A DNA stretch of 29,119 bases, from the NCBI GenBank assembly GCA_964574845.1, contig CAZNRQ010000002.1:1-29119 (forward strand). Direction: 5' to 3'. The position numbers and the translations under genes were made by a program. This DNA is from an uncultured Bacteroidales bacterium. Its GTDB lineage: Bacteria > Bacteroidota > Bacteroidia > Bacteroidales > CAIWKO01. Positions 8,701 to 16,427 of this stretch are shown one piece after another (within the stretch, counting starts at the first letter, position 1; the number at the start of each line of letters is the position of its first letter). The notes under the pieces are model-generated. The model saw only the letters and a list, made by a program, of their open reading frames with translations, did no database searches and had not been told where the DNA came from.

Positions 8701-9308
8701 GTTTGGATCATGTGTTGGCATCGGGAAACGATGTTAATGTTTTGGTTCTGGATACCGAAGTTTATTCCAATACAGGTGGTCAGGCATCCAAATCAACTCC
8801 TATTGCTGCGGTTGCTAAATTTGCAGCTTCAGGAAAAAGAATACGCAAGAAAGATCTGGGTATGATGGCCATGTCTTATGGTTATGTTTATGTGGCTCAG
8901 GTTGCCATGGGAGCTAACTATGGACAGTATTTCAGAGCATTGAAAGAAGCCGAAGCTTATCCCGGACCATCCTTAATTATTGCTTATTCCCCCTGTATCA
9001 ATCACGGTTTGCGTGCCGGTATGGGTAAAACACAGGAAGAATCGGCATTGGCTGTTGAGGCAGGATATTGGTCACTATTCCGTTATAATCCAATGAATGA
9101 AGCTGAAGGGAAAAATCCTTTCACTCTTGATTCCAAGGAGCCTAAATGGGAAGATTTCCAGACCTTCCTGAACAGCGAAGTAAGATATACTTCTTTAAAA
9201 AGATCTTTTCCACGCGAAGCGGTTGAATTATTTAAAGCGGCAGAGGAGAATGCACGCTGGAGATTCAAAAGCTATGAGCGCATGGCAAAAATGGATTTTA
9301 GTAAATAG
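5772..9308 (+). CDS. nifJ: Pyruvate:ferredoxin (flavodoxin) oxidoreductase
   Basis: YPITPSS, MQSEAGAAGALHG, RGTAQNPDIYFQ, two ferredoxin motifs (CIQCNQCAYVCP, CTGCGNCADICP), FSGACAGCGETPY, TPP-binding GGDGWAYDIG, DTEVYSNTGGQ, YSPCINHG. Confidence 0.98.
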   Translation: METKKKFITCDGNYAASYIAYMFTEVACIYPITPSSNMAENIDEWAAAGKKNIFGETVTLSEMQSEAGAAGALHGALQAGSLAATYTASQGLLLMIPNMYKISGELLPGVLHVSARSLAAQALSIFGDHSDVMSTRQSGFAMLATGSVQEIMDIAAVAHFTAIKSRVPFLHFFDGFRTSHEIQKVEAPAMEDLEKLLDKKALQEFRDRALNPEHPVTRGTAQNPDIYFQSREAANKYYDAVPDMVEDYMQKLKAITGREYHPFTYYGAKNPENIVIAMGSITDTLKEVIDYLIEKGEKVGLISVHLYRPFSAKYFFKVFPESVKRITVLDRTKEIGANGDPLYLDVEDLFYNRPNAPMIVGGRYGLSSKDTTPAMMLSVFENMKLNEPKNQFTVGIVDDVTFKSLPLLPEISVSSKGTYEAKFYGIGADGTVGANKNSIKIISDTTDKYCQAYFAYDSKKSGGITVSHLRFGDKAIRSPYLVNTPDFVACHVPAYLEKYDMLKGLKKGGTFLLNSIWDVEETKERLPDHMKKFMAENEIKFYTINATKIAEEIGLGNRTNTITQTAFFKVSNVIPFELAVKEMKTAIEKTYGRKGDDIVKMNIASIDKGHEEVVEIPVPAEWKNITIKKVTVEDNRPDFIKNVFDPINAMKGDDLPVSAFLDREDGTFPSGSTRYEKRGIAVNVPEWAPENCIQCNQCAYVCPHAAIRPFLMNESDMKTLPEGTSTLKAIGKDLEGLQFRIQVSVLDCTGCGNCADICPSKTKALVMKPLGTQEAEIARYEFMDDKIGYKTQGIDIFKTFKNSQFAQPLFEFSGACAGCGETPYIKLITQLYGDRMIVANATGCSSIYGGSAPATPYCANKEGKGVAWANSLFEDNAEYGYGIGIGVNKMRQRIERLMHNALESDLSGEIKEAFKEWIAGMNNAEASKIASEKVLKLISTSANPIAKEIMALKQYLIKKSVWIFGGDGWAYDIGYGGLDHVLASGNDVNVLVLDTEVYSNTGGQASKSTPIAAVAKFAASGKRIRKKDLGMMAMSYGYVYVAQVAMGANYGQYFRALKEAEAYPGPSLIIAYSPCINHGLRAGMGKTQEESALAVEAGYWSLFRYNPMNEAEGKNPFTLDSKEPKWEDFQTFLNSEVRYTSLKRSFPREAVELFKAAEENARWRFKSYERMAKMDFSK

Positions 9309-9364
9309 AAGCATTGTAACATTAAAATCAATTTTATTTTAATAATTTAATAAAACACATTATT

Positions 9365-10378
9365 ATGGCAAACCTAGGAATAAAATATATGGGGTTAAAT
9401 TTAAAGAACCCTATTATTGTCGGAGCCAGCAATCTGGTAACAGATGTAAAAAACCTCAAAAAGATAGAAGAGGCAGGGGCTGCGGCCATTGTTTATAAAT
9501 CGCTTTTTGAAGAGCAGATCCAGCTCGAACAGTTACAGTTGGAAGAGGATATCATGGAGTATTCTGAACGAAACGCAGAAATGCAATCTTTGTTTCCTGA
9601 TATAAAACATGCCGGACCAGTAGAATATCTTATGAATCTGGAAGAAGCCTGCAAAAGTGTCAGCATACCTGTTATTGCAAGTTTGAATGCTGTGTATGAT
9701 GAAACATGGGTTGAATATGCAAAGAAAATCGAAGAAACAGGAGTGGCTGGAATAGAATTGAATTTTTATAGTACCCCTGGTAGCTTTGAAACAACTGCTG
9801 CTGAGATAGAAAAGCAGCAGATAGATGTATTAATAGCGGTAAAGAAAGTAGTGAAAATACCTGTTTCAGTAAAACTCAGTCCTTTTTATACCAATACTCT
9901 GCATTTTGTCAAAAAGCTTGATGAGGCGGGTGCTGATGGATTTGTTCTATTTAACCGATTATTCCAGCCAGATTTTGATCTTGACAAAGAAGAACTTCAC
10001 TTTCCTTATAATCTGAGTAATGTGGATGATAGTCGTCTTTCTTTGCGTTATGCCGGGCTTTTGTACGGGAATATTACATCTCCTGTTTGCTGCAATACAG
10101 GGATCTTTACCGGTCTGGATGCTGTTAAAATGATTCTGGCCGGAGCAGGGTGTGTTCAGGTGGTAAGTACGCTTTATAAAAACCAGATCAGCCATATTTC
10201 TGTTATGCTTGAAGAAATGAATAATTGGCTTGATAAGAAAAACTATGCTTCAGTTGACAGTATTATTGGGAAATTGTCGAAGAAAAATTCCAAAGATCCA
10301 TTTGCTTTTAAAAGAGCCCAGTATGTTGATATCATTATGAAATCGAACAATATCTTTAAGAAGTACCCGTTGGTTTAA
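9365..10378 (+). CDS. Dihydroorotate dehydrogenase-like FMN TIM-barrel protein
   Basis: LKNPIIVGAS, YKSLFEEQI, PVIASLN, PVSVKLSPF, LFNR, AGAGCVQVVS. The canonical NxSCPN/NxSSPN catalytic loop is replaced by NFYSTP. Confidence 0.85.
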   Translation: MANLGIKYMGLNLKNPIIVGASNLVTDVKNLKKIEEAGAAAIVYKSLFEEQIQLEQLQLEEDIMEYSERNAEMQSLFPDIKHAGPVEYLMNLEEACKSVSIPVIASLNAVYDETWVEYAKKIEETGVAGIELNFYSTPGSFETTAAEIEKQQIDVLIAVKKVVKIPVSVKLSPFYTNTLHFVKKLDEAGADGFVLFNRLFQPDFDLDKEELHFPYNLSNVDDSRLSLRYAGLLYGNITSPVCCNTGIFTGLDAVKMILAGAGCVQVVSTLYKNQISHISVMLEEMNNWLDKKNYASVDSIIGKLSKKNSKDPFAFKRAQYVDIIMKSNNIFKKYPLV

Positions 10379-10394
10379 CTTTACATTTTGTTTT

Positions 10395-10433
10395 AAAATC
10401 CCTTTGACAATAAAGTTAAAGGGATTTTTTTTT
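10395..10433 (+). terminator. Intrinsic terminator closing the nifJ operon
   Basis: AAAATCCCTTTGAC-AATAAA-GTTAAAGGGATTTT stem (one G-U pair) running into T9 (10425-10433). Confidence 0.88.
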
Positions 10434-10526
10434 GTGGAAAAATAAAACTAAAGAACCGATTCATCCTTAGATTGGTGGATAAAAACAGCTTAAACATCAT
10501 GAAATAACCCTTCAACTTCCATTTTA

Positions 10527-10558
10527 TTTGCAAGGTGAAACGAATATTCTTAGTTTTG
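10527..10558 (+). promoter_or_regulatory. Consensus Bacteroidota sigma70 promoter for the two-component pair
   Basis: TTTG (10527-10530), 20-nt spacer, TAGTTTTG (10551-10558). Confidence 0.7.
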
Positions 10559-10597
10559 TCTTTTAAACTGTTATAGCAGGATAGTAAAAAAGAAAGA

Positions 10598-11620
10598 ATG
10601 AGTAAAATTCCTAAAAATATTCCCTTACTGTTGCTTCACCTTAGTATGTGGATTTTCGTTTATATCTTTCCCTTATTATTCGTTGATAATTCCAGGCCTC
10701 ATCCTCCTATGGTCAATGTTTTGCCCGAATTTGTGCTATCGATGGTGCTGTTTTATTTAAATTATTTCTTGCTCATTAAACAGCTGCTTTTTAAGAAGAA
10801 ATACCTCTTATTTTCTGCCATTAGCTTTGCTATACTGTTATTATTTTTAGGATGTGATTATGTTTTTCAAGCATATAATGACCCAAATTTCCTAGGAAAA
10901 GTTCCTTTTGATTTGTTTTTGATTAGGAGTTTATTGTCATTTACGCTTTCTATTGGTGTTTCAGTAGCCATTCGATCGACTATGCGCTTAAAAGAGGAAG
11001 AATCATTGCGTAAAAAAATAGAAAACGAACACCTGAAGTCAGAGATCACTTATTTAAAGTATCAGCTACAGCCACATTTCTTTTTTAATACCTTAAATAA
11101 TATTTATGCACTAATTGATCGTAAGCCCGAACTAGCAAAGGAAGTGTTGCATAATTTGAGTAAATTGCTCCGTTATGTGTTATATCATGCTGAGGATGCA
11201 AAGGTCCCATTGCAAAGCGAAATTTATTTTCTCAAAACCTATATCAATTTGATGCAGATAAGGTTGTCGTCTAGTATTTTTGTAAAATATGAATTTCCGG
11301 ATTTAGAAGCCGAAGAAACGGAAGTAAGGGTGCCCCCATTATTATTTATTACTTTAGTTGAAAATGCATATAAGCATGGCATTGATGCCAATTTACAAGG
11401 AAATATTTTTATTAAAATGGAACTTACGGCCAGCCATGTAATATTTAGTGTAAATAATTCCTGTTCAAAACCAATAGGAGACGATCAGACGGTTTCAGGT
11501 ATAGGTCTTGAAAATCTGCAAAAACGATTGGATATCTTATATAAAGCTAACGAATTTTCGCTTATCCGGAAACAAACTGATAAAGATTATTACTCAGAAT
11601 TGAAAATACCTGCTAACTGA
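10598..11620 (+). CDS. LytS/YehU-family sensor histidine kinase with about 4 N-terminal TM helices
   Basis: H-box LKYQLQPHFFFNTLNNIY, SKLLRY, PPLLFITLVENAYKHG, GIGLENLQKRL. Confidence 0.95.
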   Translation: MSKIPKNIPLLLLHLSMWIFVYIFPLLFVDNSRPHPPMVNVLPEFVLSMVLFYLNYFLLIKQLLFKKKYLLFSAISFAILLLFLGCDYVFQAYNDPNFLGKVPFDLFLIRSLLSFTLSIGVSVAIRSTMRLKEEESLRKKIENEHLKSEITYLKYQLQPHFFFNTLNNIYALIDRKPELAKEVLHNLSKLLRYVLYHAEDAKVPLQSEIYFLKTYINLMQIRLSSSIFVKYEFPDLEAEETEVRVPPLLFITLVENAYKHGIDANLQGNIFIKMELTASHVIFSVNNSCSKPIGDDQTVSGIGLENLQKRLDILYKANEFSLIRKQTDKDYYSELKIPAN

Positions 11621-12339
11621 TGGATAAAATAGATTGCATAATTGCAGATGATGAGCCTTTCGCTTTGGATCTATTGAGGGGATATGTTGAACAAACCCCC
11701 TTCCTGAACCTTATAAAAGCCTGTAATAATGCTTTTGAAGTGATTGAAGTTTTAAATTCCGGATCCAAATGTGTTTTGTTTCTTGATATTCAAATGCCTG
11801 GTATAAGTGGGATGCAACTGGCAAAAATGCTTAACAACCTAACATTGGTTGTTTTTACTACTGCTTATGAAAGTTATGCTGTTGAAGGATATAAGGTTAA
11901 TGCCTTGGATTATTTGTTAAAGCCTTTTAATTATGAAGAATTTCTTTCAGCAGCAGTAAAGGTAAGAAATCAGTTTGAAATAATGGACAAAAAGCCCATA
12001 AGTAATGCTTCGGAAGATTTTATTATTGTAAAAACGGATTATAAGCTTCAACAAATAGCCTTGAATGAGATTACTTATATTGAAGGACTAAAGGATTATA
12101 TAAAGATTTTCAGACAGGACGTCGAAAAACCTGTTATGAGCCTGATGAGCATGAAAGTAATTGTGGAAAAATTACCAGAGGAAGCATTTATGAGAGTGCA
12201 TCGCTCTTTTATTGTAAATCTGAACAAGATTCAAACGGTAGAAAGGAGCAGGATTATTTTTGGAGAAACCAGCATTCCTGTATCAGACAATTATAAGGAA
12301 AAGTTTCACGAATTTATTTCGGGACGGTTCTTACAGTAG
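11620..12339 (+). CDS. LytTR-family response regulator
   Basis: Receiver IADDE, FLDIQMPGISG, FTTAY, DYLLKP. LytTR domain ITYIEGLKDYIKI and FMRVHRSFIVN. TGATG stop/start coupling with the kinase. Confidence 0.96.
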   Translation: MDKIDCIIADDEPFALDLLRGYVEQTPFLNLIKACNNAFEVIEVLNSGSKCVLFLDIQMPGISGMQLAKMLNNLTLVVFTTAYESYAVEGYKVNALDYLLKPFNYEEFLSAAVKVRNQFEIMDKKPISNASEDFIIVKTDYKLQQIALNEITYIEGLKDYIKIFRQDVEKPVMSLMSMKVIVEKLPEEAFMRVHRSFIVNLNKIQTVERSRIIFGETSIPVSDNYKEKFHEFISGRFLQ

Positions 12340-12352
12340 AATTCATCGATTA

Positions 12353-12371
12353 TAGTTTTGATTAATCAAAA
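12353..12371 (+). promoter_or_regulatory. Candidate -7 element overlapped by a 16-bp perfect palindrome
   Basis: TAGTTTTG (12353-12360) overlaps TTTTGATTAATCAAAA (12356-12371). No TTTG about 20 nt upstream. Confidence 0.5.
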
Positions 12372-12446
12372 GAAGTGAATTAAGAATACCAAACTATGAA
12401 AAAGGAAATTGTTAAATAGAAAAATAAGCAGCTACGGCTTGTCATC

Positions 12447-14690
12447 ATGTTAAAAAAACTACTCTTATATACAGCCCTTTTCCTGATTCCAATGTTTGGG
12501 GCTTTTTCACAAAATACATCTGATTTTTACGATATCAATTTCATAAGAGAAATTCGTATCACATTTGAGGAACAGAACTGGGATCATGTTTTGGACAGTT
12601 TGTTTATAAATTTTGGTGATGATGCAAAACTGGAAGGAACAGTAAGTATCGACGGTCATATATATCAGCACGCAGGTATCCGTTACAAAGGCTACAGTTC
12701 ATGGGATGTGGATCAGGCAAAAAATCCTTTCAATATTGAATTGGATTATCGCAATACTTATCAGAATTATCAGGGATTTACCAAATTAAAACTAAGTAAT
12801 GTCGTTCGCGATCCTTCCTTTATCCGGGAGGTTCTGTCCTATACTATTCTCAGAAAATATATGCCTGCCTCCCGAGCTAATTTTGCGGATGTATATGTTA
12901 ACGATGTTCACATTGGTCTCTACACTAATGTAGAATCGGTGGATAAATTGTTTGCAGAACGAGAATTTGGATCGGGCAGCAATTCCTTTTTTAAAGGAAG
13001 TCCCGAATTACTAGAATATCCTTATGGCCAAAATGCAAACTTGGCATATACTCATGGCACAGATTCAACAGGATATGTGCCGTATTACAACATGGTCTCC
13101 GACCATGGATGGAATGATTTATTGTACCTAATTGCGGTATTGAACAACGACACCACCAATATTCCCAGTGTTTTGAATGTGGATCGTGCCCTATGGATGC
13201 ACGCTTTTGATTATGCGGTTGTAAATCTGGATAGCTATATAGGCTATTCTCAGAATTACTACATGTATAAAGATGACAACGGCGTTTTTAATGCCATTAT
13301 CTGGGATTTGAATATGTCGTTCGGGAGTTTCAGAAATACCGATGCCACTGCATTAAATCTGAGCATAGCAGCTGCTAAGCAGTTAGATCCTCTGAAAATT
13401 GTGACCTCCACAACCTACTCTCCTCGACCATTAATAAAGAATCTCTTGTCAAATTCCATGTACAGGAAAATGTTTCTGGCACATATGCGCACGATCATTA
13501 ATGAGAATGTCAGGAACGGAGAATACTATTTGATCGGGAAACAAATTCAATCCATAGTTGATACCTATGTACAGGCCGACCCCAACAAGTTTTTTTCGTA
13601 TTCAAATTTTATCAAGAACATTGATACCACTGTAGGACCGACATCCAATCAATATCCAGGCATCAAGGATCTCATGGAAGCCCGCTTGGCCTACCTGGAT
13701 ACCTTTCCCGGATTCAATGGTTATCCCGATATAATTGAAATAGCGCATCAACCGGAATCTCCTTCGAAAGGTCAGGAAATATGGTTTACTGTTAAAGTCA
13801 GCAATGCCAATCATGTTATTTTGGGTTTCAGAAACGACAGCAGGGGGATCTTTCAAAAAATTCAAATGTACGATGATGGCAGCCACAATGACAGTTTGGC
13901 TGGCGATAATATTTATGGAGTTTCAGTAATTCCCACAGGCAAGGTGATGCAATATTTCATGTATGCAGAAAACAATGCATCAGGAATATTCTCTCCTGAA
14001 AGGGCCGAGTATGAGTTTTATTCAATACAGCCTTTAATGGAAAAAGAAGATGTTGTCATCAACGAGTTTGGAGATGGTCGTATCGAACTGTTTAACAACA
14101 CCAATGAAGTGTTGAGTTTGTCTGGAAACTTCCTTTCTGACGATAAGCTTGCACTCTCCAAATGGGCATTTCCCGATACGTCCATATCGGCAAAGAGTTA
14201 TTTGATTGTATATACCAGCGAACAAACAACCTCATTTATGCACACAAATTTCAGCTTGCCTCAGGACGGCGGTGGTCTATATTTTTCCAATACAATTGGC
14301 GGTATTTTGGATTCAGTAATTTGGGAAAATACTGAAAGTGGCAAGTCTATCGGTCGATATCCTAACGGGGTTGGTAGCTTTGTTTATATGCCACGGACAT
14401 TCTCTTTTAGTAACAACATAGGAACCGATGTCGATAATGAATTGCTTGTTTTTCCTAATCCTTCCAATGGAATCGTTACTCTAGAATTTGGTAAAACTCA
14501 AGGTGTTTTCTATGTAGAAATAGTGAATATATCTGGAGAGTCCATGTGGTATGAGAGTTTTGATGAAATCTCAGGGTCCGTGAATGTTATTAGTAAATCT
14601 TTTGATCTTTCAACGCTTAGCAAAGGAGTGTACGTGTTTCGCCTGATTTGTGATAATAAAATAACTACTAAAAAAATAATAATAATTTAA
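12447..14690 (+). CDS. CotH-family atypical kinase with lamin-tail-like domain and T9SS C-terminal domain
   Basis: Signal peptide. GIRYKGYSS, KLKLSN-DPSFIREVLSY, GLYTNVESVD, NLDSY-NYYMY, WDLNMSFG. MYDDGSHNDSLAGDNIYG motif, VVINEF-IELFN (LTD-like), and CTD VFPNPSNG-KGVYVFRL-TKKIIII. Confidence 0.9.
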   Translation: MLKKLLLYTALFLIPMFGAFSQNTSDFYDINFIREIRITFEEQNWDHVLDSLFINFGDDAKLEGTVSIDGHIYQHAGIRYKGYSSWDVDQAKNPFNIELDYRNTYQNYQGFTKLKLSNVVRDPSFIREVLSYTILRKYMPASRANFADVYVNDVHIGLYTNVESVDKLFAEREFGSGSNSFFKGSPELLEYPYGQNANLAYTHGTDSTGYVPYYNMVSDHGWNDLLYLIAVLNNDTTNIPSVLNVDRALWMHAFDYAVVNLDSYIGYSQNYYMYKDDNGVFNAIIWDLNMSFGSFRNTDATALNLSIAAAKQLDPLKIVTSTTYSPRPLIKNLLSNSMYRKMFLAHMRTIINENVRNGEYYLIGKQIQSIVDTYVQADPNKFFSYSNFIKNIDTTVGPTSNQYPGIKDLMEARLAYLDTFPGFNGYPDIIEIAHQPESPSKGQEIWFTVKVSNANHVILGFRNDSRGIFQKIQMYDDGSHNDSLAGDNIYGVSVIPTGKVMQYFMYAENNASGIFSPERAEYEFYSIQPLMEKEDVVINEFGDGRIELFNNTNEVLSLSGNFLSDDKLALSKWAFPDTSISAKSYLIVYTSEQTTSFMHTNFSLPQDGGGLYFSNTIGGILDSVIWENTESGKSIGRYPNGVGSFVYMPRTFSFSNNIGTDVDNELLVFPNPSNGIVTLEFGKTQGVFYVEIVNISGESMWYESFDEISGSVNVISKSFDLSTLSKGVYVFRLICDNKITTKKIIII

Positions 14691-14700
14691 ATTTACGACG

Positions 14701-16413
14701 ATGGTAAAAAAGCTTTCTCTAATTTTAGTTTTGGTTTTTGTGTTTACAAAAATAAATGCCCAACAACAGGAAACGTATACATTCGCTGTAGGTGGCACTT
14801 ATGCATATTTGTTTGACACAGCTGCAACAACTTCTTCCCAGTATTATGCCCGGTGGGCAGTAAGTTCAACATCTTACTCTGCACATTTTTTAAAAGACAC
14901 CATCTATCAAAGCACTGGCTCTGGTTCGGGTGGTGGTTCCTGGGGTTCTATAAAGAAATGGGTTTGTTCCAGCCCAACTGTGGCAACTAATACCTGGACC
15001 TATACGGTAACCGGTGGGCACCACGATATTTGCCCACTTCCCAACGGTAATGTGTTGATTATTGTGCATGATTCTAAAACTGCAGCAAATGTATCAGCAG
15101 TTGGAGGAACATATAGTGGGACTGTTCAATCTGAGAAAATACAGGAAATACGTCAGACAGGGCCGACAACTGGTCAAGTTGTTTGGGAATGGAAACTTTG
15201 GGATCATTTATGTCAAAGTACTAATCCTGCCATAACGACCACCTATGTAACATCTGTTGCCGCCAATCCACAGTTGATGAATGTTAATTATAATATGACG
15301 TCTGATTGGATTCACATGAATGGGATCGATTATAATGCACAATTGGATCAGATAGTAGTAAGTTCACACTTTATGAATGAAATATGGGTCATTGACCATA
15401 GTACAACAACTACCCAGGCTGCAACACATAGTGGAGGTAATGGTGGAAGAGGAGGCGATTTTCTTTATCGTTGGGGTAATCCTGCTGCTTACGGATGCAC
15501 TGCAGGAGGAAATGGTATAACTCTTAATACTATTCATGATGCACGTTGGGTATCATCAACCAATGCAAAATACCCCAATTATATCAGCATGTATCATAAC
15601 AATGGGGGGGGTACGGTTCAGGCAGTATTGTGTCAAGCACCACACAATGGATATAATTATACCTATACTGCAGGTTCAGTAATTGCTCCTACCACTTGCA
15701 CAAAACCAACAATTCCATCAATAACTGGAGTGGCAGATCAAGGAAGTATTCAAGTGGTAGAAAATGGCAATATATTAATTACCAAACCAAACAATACATT
15801 TTATGAGTGTAATGGAACCGGAACAACCTACCAAACCTTAGCAGTTGGATCGAACCATGTAGATAGACTAAGAAAATGCAAAGTATATGGTCCTTATACA
15901 ACTGCCTCGTCCTCAACGTCAACTATATGTGCCAATAATCAGATAACATTAAGTTCAACAGCGGTTTCACCGTTACAAAGCAGCCCTACTTTCACTTATT
16001 CATGGTCTTCTGTCCCTGCAGGTTTTACCTCTTCATCACAAAACCCTACTGTTACACCTAATACTGCCGGCAATTACACATATACAGTAACGGTTACAAC
16101 CGCTGGCTGCACCAGTACTTCTTCGGTGAACGTGACAGTTAATGCCTGTACAGATGTGGAAGAAGCTGAAGCAAATCAGTCAGAATTGGTTCTTTTCCCT
16201 AATCCATCCACTGGCATGGTTCAGCTGAACGAAGAATTTATAACAAATAATACTTACGACATTATTGTTTGCAATTCAATTGGAAAAGTCGTGTTCGAAG
16301 GTAAAAATGTCAAAAACATTGACCTCTCAGAACAAGGGGATGGGATTTTTTATGTGTCTGTCAAAACAGATTCGAATGCTGTAATCAATAAAAAGGTAAT
16401 TTTGATTAAATAA
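14701..16413 (+). CDS. Arylsulfotransferase (ASST)-like beta-propeller with PKD-like Ig domain and T9SS C-terminal domain
   Basis: HHDICPLPNGNVL, VVWEWKLWDH, DWIHMNGIDY, EIWVIDHS, GDFLYRWGNP, IHDARW. Ig segment FTYSWS-SQNPTVTP-GNYTYTVTVT and CTD LFPNPSTG-KKVILIK. Confidence 0.82.
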   Translation: MVKKLSLILVLVFVFTKINAQQQETYTFAVGGTYAYLFDTAATTSSQYYARWAVSSTSYSAHFLKDTIYQSTGSGSGGGSWGSIKKWVCSSPTVATNTWTYTVTGGHHDICPLPNGNVLIIVHDSKTAANVSAVGGTYSGTVQSEKIQEIRQTGPTTGQVVWEWKLWDHLCQSTNPAITTTYVTSVAANPQLMNVNYNMTSDWIHMNGIDYNAQLDQIVVSSHFMNEIWVIDHSTTTTQAATHSGGNGGRGGDFLYRWGNPAAYGCTAGGNGITLNTIHDARWVSSTNAKYPNYISMYHNNGGGTVQAVLCQAPHNGYNYTYTAGSVIAPTTCTKPTIPSITGVADQGSIQVVENGNILITKPNNTFYECNGTGTTYQTLAVGSNHVDRLRKCKVYGPYTTASSSTSTICANNQITLSSTAVSPLQSSPTFTYSWSSVPAGFTSSSQNPTVTPNTAGNYTYTVTVTTAGCTSTSSVNVTVNACTDVEEAEANQSELVLFPNPSTGMVQLNEEFITNNTYDIIVCNSIGKVVFEGKNVKNIDLSEQGDGIFYVSVKTDSNAVINKKVILIK

Positions 16414-16427
16414 ATAAAACAAAAACC

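Noticed and set aside
9365-10378. Calling this gene pyrD
   Set aside because: The catalytic loop is non-canonical and there is no pyrimidine gene context, so it is left as DHODH-like.
12356-12371. FNR/Crp box
   Set aside because: TTGAT and ATCAA are separated by 2 nt here, not the 4 nt of the FNR consensus. Kept only as an unassigned palindrome.
12447-14690. Sporulation gene
   Set aside because: CotH is a kinase family found well beyond spore formers. This copy has a signal peptide and a T9SS CTD in a Bacteroidota context.
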